From a virus: 64,000 nucleotides of DNA. The translations under genes and the position numbers were made by a program. This document shows, piece by piece, positions 28,615 to 38,557 of this stretch (positions within the stretch are counted from its first letter, which is position 1; every line of letters begins with the position of its first letter). The stretch covers positions 64,001 through 128,000 of the IMG/VR virus record IMGVR_UViG_3300032046_005540; one strand, given 5' to 3'. The notes below the pieces were generated by a model that was given only the letters and a program-made list of their open reading frames with translations, was not told the DNA's origin and searched no databases.

Positions 28615-31134
28615 CTATTCTTTAATTTCTTCCAATTTCCTCCACTTTTCTCCTACTTTAATATCAACTTTCATAGGAACTCTAATAGATCCTTCTATTG
28701 TATTATAACCTCTAACAACTTCTTCTTTTGCTATTTGAACAATAATATTCCTTTCTTCTTTAGGAAATTCATAAATTAAAGAGTCATGCACAGTAAGAAC
28801 TAACCTTATTTTACTATTTAATTGTTGTAATCTTTTATCAACTCGAATAGCAGTTATAGCAGTAATATCTGCAGCCATTGATTGTATTGGACTGTTGACT
28901 GCTTGTCTCATTGCTTCACTTTTATCTTTTTCATCATGCCTCTCCATATTTTTACTCCAAGGAATTTGAGCCGCAGGAAGTCTCCTTATACGTCCAAAAG
29001 CATTTACTACTTCTCCGTACTCCTGAGCTACTTTCTTAATATTAACTATCCATTCTTTTGCTTTTGGATAACGATCAAAAAATATTGTCCTAATGCGTTC
29101 CGCATCTTCCTCAGACATTCCATGTTCTGCAGCCAAACTTTTTGCACCTCTTCCATACATAATCCCAAATGTTGAATTTTTTGCTTGTTGTCTTTCGTCT
29201 TTTGTTATTTCTTCAATTTTTTTATTAAAACAAACAGAAGCCGTTTGTTTATGAACATCTATTCCAGAATTGATTGCTTCTATCATTTTCTTATCGTTCG
29301 AATAATGACCCCAACATTTAAATTCTGCTTGGGCGAAGTCAATTTCACATAATTCATATCCTAGTTCTGCAATAAAACATTCTTTAATAACACTATCTCG
29401 AGGAATGTTTTGTAGGTTAGGATTACTACTACTAAGACGACCAGTTACGGTTCCATCTACATGGTAATCAGTATGAATTCTTCCGTTCTCATCAACTCTT
29501 TCAAGCATTCCAATAACATAAGTGCTCAAAAGTTTACTCAAGTCTCTATGTTCTTTTAATTTAACTAATTCAGGAGATTTATCTATTAAACTATCTAAAA
29601 CTTCTGCGTCTGTAGAAAAACTCTTCTTACCACTTTTTCCTCCCTTAGTCATTTTTATAGGTTCAAATCCAAGAACATTAAATAACAATATTCTCAAATG
29701 ATCAGAAGACCTTAAATTAAAAGAAGTAGGTTTTGTATATTTTTGTATATATTCTTCTTTAGGTAATCTCTTAGATTTTAAACTATCAAATCTTTCTTCA
29801 ATCTTTTTTGCAGACCTATTATATAATGCTTTCTCAACTTTTTTAACCGCATCAGTTCCTCGAAATTCTTCTTCAATTTTTTTCAATCGTTTTTCATATT
29901 CAACTCTTAATTCTTTAAGACGGTCTATATCTAATTTAACTCCATAATATTCTGTTTCTAATAAAACTTTTTGAAAAGGTATAGTAATTTTATTAAATAA
30001 TCTCATTAAACCTTGTTTTTTAAGTTCAAGTTTAAATTTTTGGTAACATCTAAAAGTAGCATCTGCGTCGGCCGCAGAATACTTCCAAAGAACTTCATTT
30101 GATATAACTGCATAGGAAGTATTTTTATTAAGTAGATATTTTGACAACTCTTCATCATATTTCCCCATATCAGGAAAATAACGTAAAACCATTGTATCTA
30201 ATCCATGACCCTCTCTTCCAACATTTTCATCTAACAAATGATGAGCCAACATTGTATCAAATGTAAAATTATTTAATTTAATTTCGTTAGATTTTAAAAA
30301 TTGAATATCAAATGATAAGTTCTGACCTATTTTACCAATATTACTTTCTAAAACTTTTTTCAATTGATCTATTATCCATTTTTTTTCTTCAGGTTTCCAA
30401 AATTCTTGACAATGTTGTTGCAATATAGGAAGAACAACTCCAGTTCTTTCTTTCCAAGAAAAACTACAACATAAAATTTTATCTTTCCAAAAATCTAATC
30501 CAGAAGTTTCAGTATCAAAAGCAAAAATATCAACACTATTTAATTTATCAAAAAACTTTTGAGCTTTTTCTATTGTATCTATAATAACATATTTTGGAGG
30601 ATCAGGCTCTACAGGATTCTTTAACCATTCTACAACATTCTTTAAATGATCAACCATTACTCCTTGTAATCCTAAACGTCTACAAATATATGCTGGATGA
30701 AAAGTAGGCATTATCCAACAATTATATTTTTCACTCCAATGTTTTGTTCCTGCCCAAGAAGTACTACCTTCAAGACCTTGAATAGCTTGTAAAGCAATAC
30801 CTCCCAAAGGAACTATAATTTTAGGTTTTACTTTTTGAATTTCTTCTTCAAGGTATGGAAAACAAGCTTTTATTTCTTCAGGCTCTGGATCTCTATTTTC
30901 AGGAGGACGACATCTAACCGTATTGCTGATGTATAAATATTTTCTATCTAATTTTGCTTCCTTTAAAATAATATCAAGGCGTTTACCAGCAACTCCTACA
31001 AAAGGTTCTTTTTGTAAGTCCTCTTCTTTCCCTGGTGCCTCACCCACTAACATAATATCCACAGGGATAGGACCCACACCTTGAATACAAGGATTTTTAC
31101 AAGTCTTAAACAATTTACATTTATTACAACTCAA
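28615..31134 (-). CDS. polA: Family A DNA polymerase with N-terminal family-4 uracil-DNA glycosylase domain and 3'-5' exonuclease
   Basis: UDG: GEAPG, PFVG.AG, CRPPENRDP, TFHPA. Exonuclease: FDTETSG. Polymerase: TGRLSS.NPNLQNIP, DFAQAE, AK..TFG..YG, NSPIQ, TVHDS. Confidence 0.95.
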   Translation of the reverse strand: MSCNKCKLFKTCKNPCIQGVGPIPVDIMLVGEAPGKEEDLQKEPFVGVAGKRLDIILKEAKLDRKYLYISNTVRCRPPENRDPEPEEIKACFPYLEEEIQKVKPKIIVPLGGIALQAIQGLEGSTSWAGTKHWSEKYNCWIMPTFHPAYICRRLGLQGVMVDHLKNVVEWLKNPVEPDPPKYVIIDTIEKAQKFFDKLNSVDIFAFDTETSGLDFWKDKILCCSFSWKERTGVVLPILQQHCQEFWKPEEKKWIIDQLKKVLESNIGKIGQNLSFDIQFLKSNEIKLNNFTFDTMLAHHLLDENVGREGHGLDTMVLRYFPDMGKYDEELSKYLLNKNTSYAVISNEVLWKYSAADADATFRCYQKFKLELKKQGLMRLFNKITIPFQKVLLETEYYGVKLDIDRLKELRVEYEKRLKKIEEEFRGTDAVKKVEKALYNRSAKKIEERFDSLKSKRLPKEEYIQKYTKPTSFNLRSSDHLRILLFNVLGFEPIKMTKGGKSGKKSFSTDAEVLDSLIDKSPELVKLKEHRDLSKLLSTYVIGMLERVDENGRIHTDYHVDGTVTGRLSSSNPNLQNIPRDSVIKECFIAELGYELCEIDFAQAEFKCWGHYSNDKKMIEAINSGIDVHKQTASVCFNKKIEEITKDERQQAKNSTFGIMYGRGAKSLAAEHGMSEEDAERIRTIFFDRYPKAKEWIVNIKKVAQEYGEVVNAFGRIRRLPAAQIPWSKNMERHDEKDKSEAMRQAVNSPIQSMAADITAITAIRVDKRLQQLNSKIRLVLTVHDSLIYEFPKEERNIIVQIAKEEVVRGYNTIEGSIRVPMKVDIKVGEKWRKLEEIKE

Positions 31135-31280
31135 TATTTATCTCCAAAATATTTGTTTTAATGTTTTCAAATTAAAATACTTTTTATGTTTTAAAATCGA
31201 AATAAATTTCTTATTTAGATGAAACCATTTTATCCACAAATATAGAATAAATCCTACCCAAAGAAATATCAATAAATAAT

Positions 31281-31532
31281 TTAGCATCCTGTTCCTTTCT
31301 TTCCTGGTAAAACTTCATCTGCTTCTTTATAATATTGTTTAGCGTCTTTTTCTCTTTTCAAATCATTGCTTGGAAAATCATGCCCTTTAAAAATAGGAGG
31401 ACCAGCTCCTCCAGTAATAAGACTATGAACTTCTTCGCCACATTTAGAACATTTATCAATATGTTCTTCTTCCATTAACATTTGTTTTTCCCACCGTTCC
31501 CCACACTTACATAAAAATTCGTATGTAGCCAT
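31281..31532 (-). CDS. FmdB-like zinc-ribbon protein
   Basis: MATYEFLCKCG...CSKCG...FKG..F. Confidence 0.75.
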   Translation of the reverse strand: MATYEFLCKCGERWEKQMLMEEEHIDKCSKCGEEVHSLITGGAGPPIFKGHDFPSNDLKREKDAKQYYKEADEVLPGKKGTGC

Positions 31533-31534
31533 AT

Positions 31535-31744
31535 TTACCTCTTTAAATATTCTTTATATGCTTTTTGAAGTTTATCAATAAAAGATTTTAATTCACGAGA
31601 AGTTATAAAAAACATATCAGCTACACCTTTTTCTTTCAAAAACTTAATAAAATCTTTATGCATTAACTCTACTTGAAGAGTTCCATCCTTTGTAGGAATA
31701 ATAGATAATTCCATCTCAGGAATAAGGTCGTCTTTTATTTCCAT
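31535..31744 (-). CDS. Hypothetical protein
   Basis: Likely start MEIKDD after GGAGG. Confidence 0.5.
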   Translation of the reverse strand: MEIKDDLIPEMELSIIPTKDGTLQVELMHKDFIKFLKEKGVADMFFITSRELKSFIDKLQKAYKEYLKR

Positions 31745-31757
31745 TTTATACCTCCTT

Positions 31758-32180
31758 TTATTTACCACTACTTCCAAAACCTTTTTCTCCTCTATCACTT
31801 TCAGAAAGTTCTTCAACTTGTTTAAATACTACTTGTGGAATAGGTTCAACAAAAGCTTGCCCAACTTTATCTCCAATTTTAACACAATAAGGTTCATTAC
31901 TATGATTATACACAATAGTGCCTAATACTCCTCTGTATCCGCAATCTATAGTTCCATTATGCATTTGTATACCTTTTATTCCTTGACTACTTCTTGCTCT
32001 CAAAAATAAACCATAACCAAGAGGAGGCTCTACAACAATTCCAATACTAACTTCTCTCCAACTATGGGCAGGAATAATTACTTCCTCCACAGAATATAAA
32101 TCAAAGCAGCTATCAGATTCATAAGTCTTTGTAGGTAATTTTGCATTTGGATGAATTAATTTACATTTAACAACTATCAT
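31758..32180 (-). CDS. dut: Trimeric dUTPase
   Basis: FDL, RSS, GTIDCGYRG, RGEKGFGSSG. Confidence 0.95.
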   Translation of the reverse strand: MIVVKCKLIHPNAKLPTKTYESDSCFDLYSVEEVIIPAHSWREVSIGIVVEPPLGYGLFLRARSSQGIKGIQMHNGTIDCGYRGVLGTIVYNHSNEPYCVKIGDKVGQAFVEPIPQVVFKQVEELSESDRGEKGFGSSGK

Positions 32181-32542
32181 CTTCCCTCCATCAATAAATT
32201 TACTATTCTAACTATTTCTTCCCAATTGTTTTCAAATCTAACTGCTCGATCATCAATATAAACATCGGCAAATACTTTGCCTTGAGAACCATCATCAACT
32301 TCATCAAAAGGTATATTATTTCTTTCTAAAAAATCTTTTATTATTCTTACTTGAGTAAGTCTTTCTGCTAAATTTGGATGTAATTTCGTATTGGCTCTGC
32401 AAGAAGTTATAATAATATAACATCCTATTTCTTTCAATAGTCTAATACAACGAATAGCATTTTCTTTCAAAGGACCTATATCTGGATATTCATTTTCAAC
32501 TATTGTTCCATCAAAATCTATAGCAACTACAAAAGGTCTCAT
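32177..32542 (-). CDS. HAD-superfamily phosphatase
   Basis: AIDFDGTI, TSCR, K..ADVYIDD. Confidence 0.85.
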   Translation of the reverse strand: MRPFVVAIDFDGTIVENEYPDIGPLKENAIRCIRLLKEIGCYIIITSCRANTKLHPNLAERLTQVRIIKDFLERNNIPFDEVDDGSQGKVFADVYIDDRAVRFENNWEEIVRIVNLLMEGR

Positions 32543-33108
32543 TGGACTCCTTTCACCTTATAGCAAGCTTCTTGAATATCTCGAAATTCTTTTGTAAATC
32601 TATCCATTAAAATAATAGCAAAAGATTTTACATCATATCCTAAATCAGGAAGATCTTCTAAACCAATAGCTAATACAGGACAATTTTTTCCAACTTTAAT
32701 ATTTAAACCTACATGGATAAGACCTGAAACTGGAGACGAAGTAGCAATAGAAACAGAAAGTTTTTTACAATCAACAAAAATATCATCTCCTTCACGACGA
32801 AGTTTATAAGATTCTGGTATTGTTAAACTTCTTAAAAAATCAATAGTTTGTGTAATAAAAAGTCTTTGCCAAACAACCATTTCTCTTAAAGAAATATCAA
32901 AAATCTCAATTATGAAATGAAGCATACTCTCACTACTAATAAAATCATTCTTTAATCTATCCTCACAATCTACCAAATGTTCTTTAACTTCCGCAGGGCC
33001 TATAAAACTTACAATACTATTTCCTTTTACTCCATGTGCGTAGGCAAAGTGAGAGTGTAATTGAGAACCATCATATTTTATTTCTCCATTTAAAGATCTA
33101 AACTTCAT
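32539..33108 (-). CDS. DUF366-like protein (lipoate-ligase/class II synthetase-like fold)
   Basis: YDGSQL...F.GP...LVD.ED...MLHFIIE...QRL...R.GDDI...KLSVSIAT...IH.G.N, recognised from memory of the family. Confidence 0.75.
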   Translation of the reverse strand: MKFRSLNGEIKYDGSQLHSHFAYAHGVKGNSIVSFIGPAEVKEHLVDCEDRLKNDFISSESMLHFIIEIFDISLREMVVWQRLFITQTIDFLRSLTIPESYKLRREGDDIFVDCKKLSVSIATSSPVSGLIHVGLNIKVGKNCPVLAIGLEDLPDLGYDVKSFAIILMDRFTKEFRDIQEACYKVKGVQ

Positions 33109-33119
33109 AATTTTATCTC

Positions 33120-33434
33120 CTATTTTAATGTAGAAATATATTCAATAGCAAGTTTAAGTTCATCAACAATCTTCTTAGCAAACTCTACCTCAATTCCACC
33201 AACAACAGAACTATCTTCATCTTCATAAAAATTTCCTTTACCAGTTTTTACTATACTTACAAAGTTAATATAAGGCTTACCCGATCGAATATTAATTTTA
33301 GCAACATAAGTTAATCCATCTTCACCTTTAATTTGCTTTTTTTCTTCAGTAAGATTCCAACATACACCAACGGAATCACCAACCATATGCACTTCTTTTT
33401 CATTAACGAAATAAATTCTAGGTTCTATTTCCAT
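33120..33434 (-). CDS. Hypothetical protein
   Basis: ORF with RBS between queC and the DUF366-like gene. Confidence 0.6.
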   Translation of the reverse strand: MEIEPRIYFVNEKEVHMVGDSVGVCWNLTEEKKQIKGEDGLTYVAKINIRSGKPYINFVSIVKTGKGNFYEDEDSSVVGGIEVEFAKKIVDELKLAIEYISTLK

Positions 33435-33446
33435 AACATCTCCTTT

Positions 33447-34133
33447 TTAAGATATTAAATATTCCAAAGGATCTATTAAACCATTTGCCCTAAATGCTTC
33501 TAATCTCTCAACACAAGCAGAACATTTACCACAAGCTGGTCTTAAACCTTTATAACAAGAATGAGTTAGTTTATAAGGAACACAAAGTTTTATTCCTAAA
33601 GCAACTATTTCTTTTTTAGTCATATCAATAAATGGAGTTTTTATTTCAACTTGAACTCCATGGGTAGAACCTAAACTCAAAGTCTTTTCCAAGGCATCAT
33701 AAAAATCTCTTCTGCAATCTCTATAAACCTCAAAATCTTCTTTCACTGGGGTCATAAAAATTGTTATAGGATTCAAATCTAAAGATTCTCCATATGCTGC
33801 TGCAAGAGTAGCTAACATAGTATTTCTAAAAGGAACTACTGTTTGAATTTGATCTTTCATTTCTTCTGGAACTTTCCAATCCTTATCAGTTAATGCGCTA
33901 TGGCCTATTTGAGCTAAATCAAAATTTAAAATCTTTAAGTCTCCCACTCTTTTTTCTCCATATTTATTTTGATACCTTGCCCAAATAAGCGTTGCTGAAG
34001 TTATTTCAGCAACAGAATGTTTTTGTCCATAGTTAATACTTAAAGGATAAAGCGTCCATCCTTCTTTTAACATATGAGCAAATAATGTAGTAGAATCTAA
34101 ACCACCACTTAAAAGAAATATTCCTTCCTTCAT
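33447..34133 (-). CDS. queC: 7-cyano-7-deazaguanine synthase
   Basis: SGGLDS, YGQKH, VPFRN, YRDCR, SCY...CGKCSAC.ER. Confidence 0.95.
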   Translation of the reverse strand: MKEGIFLLSGGLDSTTLFAHMLKEGWTLYPLSINYGQKHSVAEITSATLIWARYQNKYGEKRVGDLKILNFDLAQIGHSALTDKDWKVPEEMKDQIQTVVPFRNTMLATLAAAYGESLDLNPITIFMTPVKEDFEVYRDCRRDFYDALEKTLSLGSTHGVQVEIKTPFIDMTKKEIVALGIKLCVPYKLTHSCYKGLRPACGKCSACVERLEAFRANGLIDPLEYLIS

Positions 34134-34135
34134 TT

Positions 34136-34603
34136 TTAGTTCTCCTTCTCATATGGAAATTTAATCCAAACATCTTTATCTTCACTTGCAGCAAAATAAT
34201 CAGGATCAAATTTTGAATTCTTTTTATAAAATAATACAGAAGTCCGAATGTTTTTGAACCCTTTTTTTCTATATAAATCCACAACGGCTTTCATCGTTTC
34301 TCCTGAATCTACTAATTCATCTACAATCAAAATTCTGCTTTCTTTTATAACATCAGGGAAACACAAATAAGACGGAGATCCTATTTTTAATTTAGATTGT
34401 TTATTTTCTTTAGTATAAGAACTTGTAACAACAATATCTAAAGGAATATTCCAACTATGAGACATAAAAAGTGCTGGAATAATACCCCCGCGAGAAATTC
34501 CCACAACAAGATCAAACTTTTCCTGAGCTTTGTTAGATATAATATCTATAAGGCGGTCAACTAACTGAAAGTAATATTCCCAAGAAATTTCTTCTTTTTT
34601 CAC
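34136..34603 (-). CDS. Purine-type phosphoribosyltransferase
   Basis: ISRGG, PRPP loop ILIVDELVDSGET, WIKFPYE. Confidence 0.9.
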   Translation of the reverse strand: MKKEEISWEYYFQLVDRLIDIISNKAQEKFDLVVGISRGGIIPALFMSHSWNIPLDIVVTSSYTKENKQSKLKIGSPSYLCFPDVIKESRILIVDELVDSGETMKAVVDLYRKKGFKNIRTSVLFYKKNSKFDPDYFAASEDKDVWIKFPYEKEN

Positions 34604-35274
34604 TAAACACCTCTTTTATCTTTATCCCAAATTATTTTATGCATTTGAAGACTATACCGAACGTCTAATTGATCCTTCAAAATCCATTCTGCTAATGTTT
34701 TTGGATCCATCTTTCCCCAAACAGGAGAAAATACATATTGTTCTTGTTTTATTGTTTGAGAATTATATTTTAATATAACCATTTTCGCATAGTCATAATC
34801 TTCCCTGTCCCCAATAATAAACTTTATTTCATCACACGGACGAAGATAATAAAAATTTGTCCAACACATTCCTTTTTCCATTCCAGAAAAAGGACATTTT
34901 ACATCCATACAAACAACACTAATATAAGGAATATATTTATAAATAGAAAGACTACCATTAGTTTCAAGAATAATATCTTTATCTAATTCTTTATTTATAA
35001 ACTTAACAAGATCAAAACAATTTGGAGACTGGAGAGGCTCCCCACCGGATAATAAAACTCTTTTACAATAACGATATTTACTTATTTCTGATGCTATTTT
35101 ATTGAACGTCATTATCTTTCCTTCTTTATAAGCCCATTTGCTGTCACAAAAAGAACAACGTAGATTACAGCCTGTTAACCTAACAATAACAACAGGCAAT
35201 CCTTTAGTTTTACCTTCTCCAGAAAATGTATAATATATTTCATTAACTTTTATCCTTTTTGTTCCTTCTTTCAT
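34603..35274 (-). CDS. queE: 7-carboxy-7-deazaguanine synthase (radical SAM)
   Basis: GEG...VRLTGCNLRCSFCDS, SGGEP, LETNG, SLQMHK.IW. Confidence 0.93.
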   Translation of the reverse strand: MKEGTKRIKVNEIYYTFSGEGKTKGLPVVIVRLTGCNLRCSFCDSKWAYKEGKIMTFNKIASEISKYRYCKRVLLSGGEPLQSPNCFDLVKFINKELDKDIILETNGSLSIYKYIPYISVVCMDVKCPFSGMEKGMCWTNFYYLRPCDEIKFIIGDREDYDYAKMVILKYNSQTIKQEQYVFSPVWGKMDPKTLAEWILKDQLDVRYSLQMHKIIWDKDKRGV

Positions 35275-35906
35275 TTAATTATTCCCTCCTCCAACCAAGT
35301 TTTAATAGGATCAAACGTTTTTCTATGAAATGGAGTAATACCATATTTTCTAATTGCTTCAATATGTTTCTTAGTTCCATATCCAACATTTGTTTTCCAA
35401 CCATACTTTTCATATTCAGGAAACTGATCAACTAAACTTTTTATATACCTATCTCTTAATACCTTAGCAATAACAGAAGCAGCCATAATAGAAGGTTCTT
35501 TTTCATCTCCTTTTATTATCCATATTTGATGTTCAAAAGGAATATTTAAAAGTTGTTTTTGATTATATAATTTACCGTCTATCAAAACAGTATCAGAAAT
35601 TGTTTTACCTGCTGTTTGTAGTTTTGGAAGAACTTCAAAAATTGCTCTTTGCATAGCTAACCTTGTTACATTAAGAATATTTTTTTCATCTATTTCTTGT
35701 ATGTTTGCAGAACCAGTTGCAAAAACAAGACCAAAATCTTTAAACTTTTGAAAAAGGTCTTCTCGTTGTTTCAAAGTTAATTTTTTAGAATCATTTAATC
35801 CATCAAAAGAAGGGTAAGATTCCCACAAAACAGCACCAGCAACTACGGGCCCTGCCAAGCACCCTCTTCCAACTTCATCACACCCAATTACAGAATTTAA
35901 TTTCAC
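35271..35906 (-). CDS. rnhB: Ribonuclease HII
   Basis: GCDEVGRGCLAGPVV, DSKKL, IDG, KGD, AASVIAKV.RD, GYGT..H; likely GTG start at 35906. Confidence 0.93.
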   Translation of the reverse strand: MKLNSVIGCDEVGRGCLAGPVVAGAVLWESYPSFDGLNDSKKLTLKQREDLFQKFKDFGLVFATGSANIQEIDEKNILNVTRLAMQRAIFEVLPKLQTAGKTISDTVLIDGKLYNQKQLLNIPFEHQIWIIKGDEKEPSIMAASVIAKVLRDRYIKSLVDQFPEYEKYGWKTNVGYGTKKHIEAIRKYGITPFHRKTFDPIKTWLEEGIIK

Positions 35907-35907
35907 T

Positions 35908-36231
35908 TTACTTCCTCCTAAATTTTTTAAATTCTGAAGCTCGATATCTTCCAATCTCTTTATCAAGAGCAATTTCTAATGTTTTTTCTTTCGAAATAAC
36001 TTCAACCGGAGAAGTATCTATACTATATCCATCCCACGTTGTAAGAATTTCTTTTTCTTTACACCTATCACAACACATCGCAAATTCTAATTGCAATGGT
36101 TTTTTTCCTTCCTTTCTAAACTTTTCCTCTTCTTCTTCAGTTAAAGGGCTTAAACATACTTGATCCATTTCACAAAACTTTTTACGTTTCCTACAAAACT
36201 CACAAGTTATTAAAACATCATTATAACTCAT
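35908..36231 (-). CDS. Hypothetical Zn-binding protein
   Basis: CEFC...CDRC. Confidence 0.55.
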   Translation of the reverse strand: MSYNDVLITCEFCRKRKKFCEMDQVCLSPLTEEEEEKFRKEGKKPLQLEFAMCCDRCKEKEILTTWDGYSIDTSPVEVISKEKTLEIALDKEIGRYRASEFKKFRRK

Positions 36232-36232
36232 T

Positions 36233-37033
36233 TTAGAAATCCCAATTCTTTTTAAAATATGCTACTGCATTATGTTCATGGATGCTTTCATATGACATTA
36301 CTTTAATACTATATCCCTCAATGCCAGATATTTTATTTAAAGCAATAGCAACATCTCTTGCTACATCCTCTACAAATTTTGGATTTTTAAATGCCTTTTC
36401 CGTAACCCATTTTTCATCTGGGCGTTTTAAAACAGGATAAATATCGCAACTTCCCATTGACTCAATCAAAGAAACAACATCTTCAATCCATAAAGGTTTA
36501 CCTAAAAACTTCAATCTTGCAGTTACTATTGCTCTCTGATTATGAGCACCATATTTACTTATTGCTTTACTACAAGGGCATAAAGTAGTTATTGGAACTG
36601 AAACTTCAAGGTAAAAATCATATTTATTAGATGTTAATCGACCTACAAAAGCACAAGAATACCCTTGGATCCCATTTACTCTTTTTACTGGAGATTCTTT
36701 AGGAATAAAATATTTAAACCTAAAAACAGCATAAGCGTCCTTTGTTTTAAGTTTTCTTTTTAACTCTTCTAAAAATACTCTTAACTTTCTTGAATTTATT
36801 GTTTTATAACGATATTGCATTAAAACCTCAGAAAACCTTGACATATTAATCCCTCTAATCTCTTTCTCAAGGTCTCCATACATTGAAACAATCGCTTGAG
36901 TTGTTTGATATTGTCTCTTTTGTTTTTTAGCAACTAATATAGGAAAACTAACATCTTCAATACCTACTCTATAAAGAGGCACTCCTCGTTTATCTTTTAA
37001 CGCTTGAATATCCGGTAATTGTTCTTCAACCAT
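36233..37033 (-). CDS. folE2: GTP cyclohydrolase IB
   Basis: LPDIQ, VGI, GINMSRF, TLCPCSK, GAHNQR, LKRPDE, NPKFVED, ESIH.H.A. Confidence 0.95.
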   Translation of the reverse strand: MVEEQLPDIQALKDKRGVPLYRVGIEDVSFPILVAKKQKRQYQTTQAIVSMYGDLEKEIRGINMSRFSEVLMQYRYKTINSRKLRVFLEELKRKLKTKDAYAVFRFKYFIPKESPVKRVNGIQGYSCAFVGRLTSNKYDFYLEVSVPITTLCPCSKAISKYGAHNQRAIVTARLKFLGKPLWIEDVVSLIESMGSCDIYPVLKRPDEKWVTEKAFKNPKFVEDVARDVAIALNKISGIEGYSIKVMSYESIHEHNAVAYFKKNWDF

Positions 37034-37052
37034 AGCTTCTCCTTCCAATTTT

Positions 37053-37481
37053 TTATTCTCCATATATAGCACTCGATTTAGGACCTTCAAACACTTCAAC
37101 ACTTATAAGTTTAACAGGATAAAACTCAGATTGAAAATTGTAAAACAAAAATTGTGCCATATGTTCTGCCGTAGGATTTCCTTGCATAGGATAAATTTGT
37201 TGCCCTTGATCTTTTGAAATAACATTCTGACAATGTAAAATTTCTATAAGAGGATCAGCAAAATTCAATATAAGTCCATGATCCCAATGTTGATCAATCC
37301 ATCCTTGAATTACTTTTTTTACAACAGAAAAATCAACTACCATTCCATCTTTATTAAGATCTTCACTCTCAAATGTAAAAATAGCACGCCAAGAATGGCC
37401 ATGGATACGCCCGCAAGGTCCTTCATAATTTAATAACCTGTGAGCCGCATCCCATTTAACTTCCTTAGCAATCTTAAACAT
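37053..37481 (-). CDS. queD: 6-carboxytetrahydropterin synthase
   Basis: DAAHRL, CGRIHGHSW, GMVVDF, WDH, NPTAE. Confidence 0.93.
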   Translation of the reverse strand: MFKIAKEVKWDAAHRLLNYEGPCGRIHGHSWRAIFTFESEDLNKDGMVVDFSVVKKVIQGWIDQHWDHGLILNFADPLIEILHCQNVISKDQGQQIYPMQGNPTAEHMAQFLFYNFQSEFYPVKLISVEVFEGPKSSAIYGE

Positions 37482-38082
37482 ATTTTTCCTCCATCAATTT
37501 TTTTAATACAGGTCTACATTTTTTTATTCTATTACGAACTGCCATTCCAGTAATACTTAACTCTCTTCCTATTTGTTCATAATTTGTAATACCTTTCAAC
37601 ATTACCTCAATAACTGCTTTTGTTTTGTTGTCTACATTCTTTGTTAATTTTTCAACTAAATCTTTTGTTTCAAGTTTTTTAACAAAACCACAATCATTTA
37701 TAAGTAAATGTTCTTGAACTTGATCAATATCAACCAAAGGTGCTTTTAAACTTTTAATAAAATTACAAGAAAAATTATAAAGTTGTTTTTTCATTAAATA
37801 ATTAAAACACATTCCTTTTTTTGGCTTCCATCCTCGAAGCAATCTCAACAAATCAATTTTAAGTTCTTGACTTAACTCCTTTGCATTTTCTGTATTTTTG
37901 CAAAAAGAATTTGCAACTTTTTGTATATACTTAGAAACAATTTGAATTAAAGTATTTATATACTTTTCATCTCTTGTCTCATAAAACCTTTCAGCAAGCC
38001 AATCAGCTTTCGTCATAGAAGAATCTTGAGAAGAATTTTCTGGAATTGTAAAAATATTATTATCAACCTTTATATGTATCAT
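37474..38082 (-). CDS. RNA polymerase sigma factor-like protein
   Basis: Region 2-like segment; C-terminal HTH NYEQIGRELSITGMAVRNRI. Confidence 0.7.
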   Translation of the reverse strand: MIHIKVDNNIFTIPENSSQDSSMTKADWLAERFYETRDEKYINTLIQIVSKYIQKVANSFCKNTENAKELSQELKIDLLRLLRGWKPKKGMCFNYLMKKQLYNFSCNFIKSLKAPLVDIDQVQEHLLINDCGFVKKLETKDLVEKLTKNVDNKTKAVIEVMLKGITNYEQIGRELSITGMAVRNRIKKCRPVLKKLMEEKYV

Positions 38083-38557
38083 TATGTTCCTTTGATAAAA
38101 GGGTTAAATACTTTGCTAACTTTTTGTCAACTTTCAAAGAGTCAATACTAAAAAATGCTAGACTTTCCTTTTCAGAAGCTTCTAAAAAATTAATTGGTGT
38201 TCTCATATCTTGTTTTATTTTTGTAATATAAGCATTTGAAGCATTTCTAAAAGCTTCAACTTTTTTTGGAAGTTTATTATCACTATTCACATATTGTAAA
38301 ATCTTTTTAGGTCCACAAACAGTAAAAAAATTAATTTCTTTAAAAAAAGAAGGATTCTGCGTCATAAATTCAAATAACAAAAGAAGAGACATAAAATCTA
38401 ATAATACTAAATCTTTATCAAAAACTATTGAACGATGTAACAACCCCCACTCAGGTATTACAAAACTACATATTCCTAAACCTTCTTTATCACCTTTTAT
38501 TTTTTTATGAGAACCTTTGAAATAAAATTTCATAAATACCTCTACTTTATAATACAC
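38063..38557 (-). CDS. Hypothetical protein, weak RNase H-like fold
   Basis: N-terminal beta strands FYFKGS...GICSFVI; acidic catalytic residues not evident. Confidence 0.4.
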   Translation of the reverse strand: MYYKVEVFMKFYFKGSHKKIKGDKEGLGICSFVIPEWGLLHRSIVFDKDLVLLDFMSLLLLFEFMTQNPSFFKEINFFTVCGPKKILQYVNSDNKLPKKVEAFRNASNAYITKIKQDMRTPINFLEASEKESLAFFSIDSLKVDKKLAKYLTLLSKEHNDTYKG

